A stretch of DNA of 21,886 nt, taken from positions 146,529-168,414 of the IMG/VR virus record IMGVR_UViG_2909739949_000002. One strand, written 5' to 3'. This document shows, in pieces, positions 18,196 to 21,886 of the stretch (the first letter of the stretch is position 1; every line of letters begins with the position of its first letter). This DNA is from a virus (taxonomy: Duplodnaviria > Heunggongvirae > Uroviricota > Caudoviricetes). A program made the position numbers and the translations under genes. Under the pieces are notes generated by a model, which saw nothing but the letters and a program-made list of their open reading frames with translations, had not been told where the DNA came from and did not search any database.

Positions 18196-18547
18196 TTTAT
18201 TAAGTAAGAGTGATTATGAATCTAATAGAGCAACTGCTTTATTAGACTTATTATCTATGGCTCAGAGTAACGGAGTCTTTAATTGTGTTAGTAAGACAAT
18301 AGATGGAGAACATCATATAGCCTTCTGCTTAATGACAATAAAGCCAGCAGTAGATTGTATTATCAGTTCTAGCGACACTTACGAGAAATATGTAGAAGTA
18401 TACAATTCTCTAATGATACCTTTTATTAAGAGAAAGCTAGAAGTGATTAAGAAGATTACTGATATTGCTACTCAAGAGGAATTAGAACTAGTGGGTATCG
18501 ATACTAATAAATGGGAACTTAGTTTAAAGGAGTATGTAGTTGAGTAG
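18179..18547 (+). CDS. Hypothetical protein, small paralog family member 3
   Basis: ALLDLLSMAQSNGV, HIAFCL, IISSSDTYEKY, ATQEELELVGI. Confidence 0.75.
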   Translation: MKENISLLSKSDYESNRATALLDLLSMAQSNGVFNCVSKTIDGEHHIAFCLMTIKPAVDCIISSSDTYEKYVEVYNSLMIPFIKRKLEVIKKITDIATQEELELVGIDTNKWELSLKEYVVE

Positions 18548-19751
18548 ACTGATTATTATTCAAGGTCTACCTGCTAGTGGTAAGAGTACAAAGGCGGCGG
18601 AGTTAGCCGCCTCTCTTATTAATAGTGTGGTAGTAGAGATGGATGAAATTAGAAAAGAGATGGGAATTCTTAATCTCCCTTTTAATAAAGAGAAAGAGAC
18701 CCAGGTTAAACAGATAAGAGATTCTAGAATTAGAAAGTATCTAAAAGATGGAAAGATAGTTATATCAAGTGACACTAATCTGAAACAAGATACTACTAAG
18801 AGACTAGAAGAGATAGCCGCCCAAAGTAGATCAACTGTTGAATATATATCTCTAACTGATGTTTCTTTAGAAGAATGTATTAGAAGAGATAGTGCTAGGG
18901 ATAGATCAGTAGGTGAAGCAGTTATTAGAAGATTCTATAACCAATACCTAAGACCAGATGATCCTATCTATAAATTCGGGAAGTATGGAAACCATCCTAG
19001 TGGATTAGATAATGTAATAGTTATAGGCGATATTCATGGTCAACATGAAAAGTTAACTAATCTATTACTTAGAGTAGGTATCTACATAGACTCTTTTGAG
19101 TGGGTTAATAGTAATAATTATTACTGTGTATTTCTAGGAGATTTAAATGATCCTAGATTAAGTGATCCTAAACTTAATCTGCCACCTTACTCTTCTTCTC
19201 TTAGATGTATCTATATAGTTAAGAAGCTAGTAGATTTAGGATGGGCTACTCTAATACAGAGTAATCACCAGAAGAACCTAATACAAGCTATTAGAGGAGA
19301 GAGGACTAGATATTCCTATGGATTGGAATATACTATGGAAGAGATGAGGGAAGAAGATCTGGTAGATTATGTTCCTTATAGAGGAATAGCAGATTGGTTA
19401 TCTAATCAACCTTACTTCTATAAATTCTATTGTGGTAGAAAGTTATTTATCTGTACTCATGCAAAGTATACAGTGGGAATGAAGCAATATATTCCTACAG
19501 GTAATGAGATACAGAATGCTTTATATGGGCCTGTAGATAAGAACATCAAATATGTTCCAGGGGGTAAAGATCCTAGAATACATTGGTGGTTAGATGAGAC
19601 TAATAGAATTGAGGGAGCCGTCCAGATATCAGGTCATTATCATACTTACTATTCTACTGATTGGGTGAAGATTATAGATAGTGAATGCGGTAATGACGGC
19701 GGCTTATTAACTGGTTATTTACCAGTAACTAATCAGACTATTCAGGTATAA
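18540..19751 (+). CDS. Polynucleotide kinase fused to calcineurin-like metallophosphoesterase (Pnkp-like RNA end-healing enzyme)
   Basis: P-loop GLPASGKST, DEIR, DTNL and CIRRDSAR of the T4-PNK/AAA_33 type; phosphoesterase motifs GDIHG, GDLND, SNHQ, THA, GHYH; TTG start with AAGGAG RBS. Confidence 0.88.
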   Translation: MSRLIIIQGLPASGKSTKAAELAASLINSVVVEMDEIRKEMGILNLPFNKEKETQVKQIRDSRIRKYLKDGKIVISSDTNLKQDTTKRLEEIAAQSRSTVEYISLTDVSLEECIRRDSARDRSVGEAVIRRFYNQYLRPDDPIYKFGKYGNHPSGLDNVIVIGDIHGQHEKLTNLLLRVGIYIDSFEWVNSNNYYCVFLGDLNDPRLSDPKLNLPPYSSSLRCIYIVKKLVDLGWATLIQSNHQKNLIQAIRGERTRYSYGLEYTMEEMREEDLVDYVPYRGIADWLSNQPYFYKFYCGRKLFICTHAKYTVGMKQYIPTGNEIQNALYGPVDKNIKYVPGGKDPRIHWWLDETNRIEGAVQISGHYHTYYSTDWVKIIDSECGNDGGLLTGYLPVTNQTIQV

Positions 19752-19755
19752 ATAC

Positions 19756-20013
19756 ATGAATAACATCTATTACGAATTACTGTTTCTAATAGCAATTGCA
19801 CAAGAAGCAGGCGTAAGAACATCTGTTACTACTAGAGGTATAGATATCTCAATAGATTTTCTATTTACTGAAGTAGATATAAGATTGTCATCTATGCATT
19901 TAGATATAGATAGCAGTCCTGAAGATATAAAAGAAGTAAGTTTTGCTCTAAAAGAGATTATCTCAAAAGAGAAACTAAAAGCTGAAATGGTGCTAAAGAA
20001 ATTCAATAGGTGA
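19756..20013 (+). CDS. Hypothetical protein, small paralog family member 4
   Basis: ELLFLIAIAQEAGVRTSVTTRG, IDFLF, LDIDSSPEDI. Confidence 0.75.
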   Translation: MNNIYYELLFLIAIAQEAGVRTSVTTRGIDISIDFLFTEVDIRLSSMHLDIDSSPEDIKEVSFALKEIISKEKLKAEMVLKKFNR

Positions 20014-20020
20014 ATAGAGT

Positions 20021-20407
20021 ATGACTAATGCTGAAAGATTACTATTCCTTTTAGCTCTAGCAGAAGAAGCTACTGTAACAACTAGAGTTATTACTACTGG
20101 GAGTAATATTAAAGTTAGATTTCTATTTAAGTATTACTCTACTGCTTTAGAAACTAGTGAATTACAACTAACATCTTCTGAGAAAGATTATGAAACAGTA
20201 GAGATTCTTCTAAGAAGAATAGCTACAAGAGAGAATAAAAGGAATGAGTTAGAGATGAATGCTCTAAATAAAATTAAATGCGTAGTTCCTCTAGAAGAAG
20301 CAATACATTTAGATATATTCTCTCAACATGATTTAGAAAGGATGTATGGAGAAGAAGAAGTGAATAAGGCATTAAACAATAGTTATAAAGAAGTATTAGA
20401 AAGATGA
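20021..20407 (+). CDS. Hypothetical protein, small paralog family member 5
   Basis: RLLFLLALAEEATVTTRVITTG, VRFLF, LQLTSSEKDY, coiled coil. Confidence 0.75.
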   Translation: MTNAERLLFLLALAEEATVTTRVITTGSNIKVRFLFKYYSTALETSELQLTSSEKDYETVEILLRRIATRENKRNELEMNALNKIKCVVPLEEAIHLDIFSQHDLERMYGEEEVNKALNNSYKEVLER

Positions 20408-20556
20408 CAGAGACCGCCGCACAAGTTTTATTAAGATGCGCCATAAGATGGAATAAGATTAAGCATCTTAATAAAGAAGATAGAAAAAGATTAATGAGAT
20501 TATCAGAAGATGAGTTTAGATTAGAGATAGATAAATTAACTAAACTAGTAGCTTAA
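20404..20556 (+). CDS. Small 50-aa helical protein (not in ORF track)
   Basis: MTETAAQVLLRCAIRWNKIKHLNKEDRKRLMRLSEDEFRLEIDKLTKLVA*; ATGA overlap with the upstream stop; fills the gap and overlaps the recombinase 3' end by 17 nt. Confidence 0.55.
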   Translation: MTETAAQVLLRCAIRWNKIKHLNKEDRKRLMRLSEDEFRLEIDKLTKLVA

Positions 20557-21886
20557 CTTCTAATACTTCACCATTAAGTACTCTAACTTCTCTAACAAGT
20601 TGTTTATAGATAACTACCTTATCTAACCAACTAATATCCTGGAAGAATTCTATATTACTATAAGAAGATTCCAGGATATTAAATAGTTCTTTATCTACTT
20701 GAGTTTCTTTAATAATAGAATGTTTTATTTGCTCAATACTTTCTAGAATTCCTTGGATAGCTTCATCTACAAAAGGATTTCCTTGAAGATTTCTAAGACC
20801 AGCTAGGGTAGCTTCATTTTTAATAATCTCTGGATGGCTTTGAATCTTAACTTCTATATTATCTAGAGTATATGCTATTAACTTTTCATATCTAGATACA
20901 AGTGCTTCGTCTACTTTCTGAATAACATAAGCTAATCTAGTACTTCTACCATTAGAACAATTTAACTCTCCTAGAGTATCTCTCTTAATACATCTAAGTC
21001 TATAGGTATTACCATGAGGAGTTTTAAATCTACAATGGAATCCACAATCTCCACACAATATTAATCCTGATAGTGGAAGCGGATCTTTATTAGATTTATT
21101 ATTTCCATACGCATACTTATGCTTATTATCTTTTAGTTTATCTAGTATGAGTTTGTAATTAGCTTCAGATATTAAAGGAGTATGTGTATTAGATATAACT
21201 TTCCAATCATCAGGATTATCAGATCGACTACGTCTGTAATATACCGTATGTCCTCTTAATACTGGATTAGTCATCCATTTTCTTAATCCAGTAGGAGTCC
21301 ACTTTTTATTATGTTTCTCTAAAGAGTATATTGCTGCCTTTCTAAGAGAAACATTTTCATATATAAAATAGTTAATTATATCTATTGCTATTTCCCAATT
21401 GTTCCTATCAGGTGAGTATTTCTCATCTACTCTCATATAACCAAAAGGGATTTGAGGACAAGCTTTATGTTGTTCTCTGAAGTAATCTAGTCCATGCTTT
21501 ATTCTATCGCTTAATAATCTAGATTCAAACTCAGCTAATCCTGCCATCTGATTAACCTGGAACCAACCAAAGGGAGAAGAAGGATCTACAGGTGCATCTA
21601 TTATAGTTAATTTAACTCCGTAAGTTTCAAATAAACTTATAACCTTATTAATACCAATAACACTTCTACCTAATCTATCTATTCTAGTTACTACTACTTC
21701 AGTTATCTTCCTTTTCTTAACTAAATTAATCATCCTATTAAAATTCTTTCTATCAGAAGATTTACCTGATTCTATATCAGAGAATATCTCTATTACTCCT
21801 TCTTTCTCCACTCTATTAGTTTGCTGATTAAGCGCATCAGTTAAAGCTTGCTCTCTATTAGAAACTCTTACATACCCTACCTTCAT
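20540..21886 (-). CDS. Large serine recombinase (integrase), XisF-like
   Basis: Catalytic GYVRVS; DIESG..SDR; TRIDRLGRS; AEFES..LS.R; PFGY; recombinase domain NPVLRG and H.PLIS; zinc ribbon LSGLILCGDCG...RC...C; C-terminal coiled coil. Confidence 0.93.
   Translation of the reverse strand: MKVGYVRVSNREQALTDALNQQTNRVEKEGVIEIFSDIESGKSSDRKNFNRMINLVKKRKITEVVVTRIDRLGRSVIGINKVISLFETYGVKLTIIDAPVDPSSPFGWFQVNQMAGLAEFESRLLSDRIKHGLDYFREQHKACPQIPFGYMRVDEKYSPDRNNWEIAIDIINYFIYENVSLRKAAIYSLEKHNKKWTPTGLRKWMTNPVLRGHTVYYRRSRSDNPDDWKVISNTHTPLISEANYKLILDKLKDNKHKYAYGNNKSNKDPLPLSGLILCGDCGFHCRFKTPHGNTYRLRCIKRDTLGELNCSNGRSTRLAYVIQKVDEALVSRYEKLIAYTLDNIEVKIQSHPEIIKNEATLAGLRNLQGNPFVDEAIQGILESIEQIKHSIIKETQVDKELFNILESSYSNIEFFQDISWLDKVVIYKQLVREVRVLNGEVLEVKLLV

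Noticed and set aside
18560-18775. Minus-strand 71-aa ORF
   Set aside because: Antisense to the kinase domain.
19770-20006. Minus-strand 78-aa ORF
   Set aside because: Antisense to paralog 4, which has family support.
20432-20448. Similarity of TAAGATGCGCCATAAGA to terL minus-strand sequence near 2153-2170 as a possible att pair
   Set aside because: Short, needs an indel, both lie in coding sequence, and there is no flanking inverted-repeat structure.
1-21886. Stop-codon reassignment as seen in some large phages
   Set aside because: Standard code gives dense, full-length genes with intact motifs, and TAA, TAG and TGA all end genes at sensible junctions.

Overview
AT-rich (roughly 30% GC by eye) segment of a large tailed phage or prophage, possibly infecting cyanobacteria (XisF-like recombinase, one HIP1 octamer; weak evidence). 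It has five alternating-strand blocks. (1) A terminase large subunit gene missing from the ORF track (2711 to the left edge, minus strand), interrupted by a 424-aa LAGLIDADG intein. (2) A plus-strand accessory island (2780-7584) punctuated by three copies of a conserved hairpin/RBS repeat. It carries a duplicated two-gene module, a deleted homing-endonuclease-like remnant, a DUF6915-like gene with an orphan alternative C-terminus, two WTQYTP-FNDG paralogs and a DRB0094/Rnl5-type RNA ligase. (3) A minus-strand, probably virion/tail operon (7567-16186) including a 1910-aa modular protein. (4) A plus-strand RNA-repair operon (Rnl1-like ligase plus kinase-metallophosphoesterase) interleaved with five divergent paralogs of one small unknown family. 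(5) A large serine recombinase. Across the window the hexamer GGCGGC/GCCGCC is strongly over-represented, and five sites show the inverted arrangement GGCGG(C/A)-N7-GCCGCC, two of them inside the RNA-repair genes.
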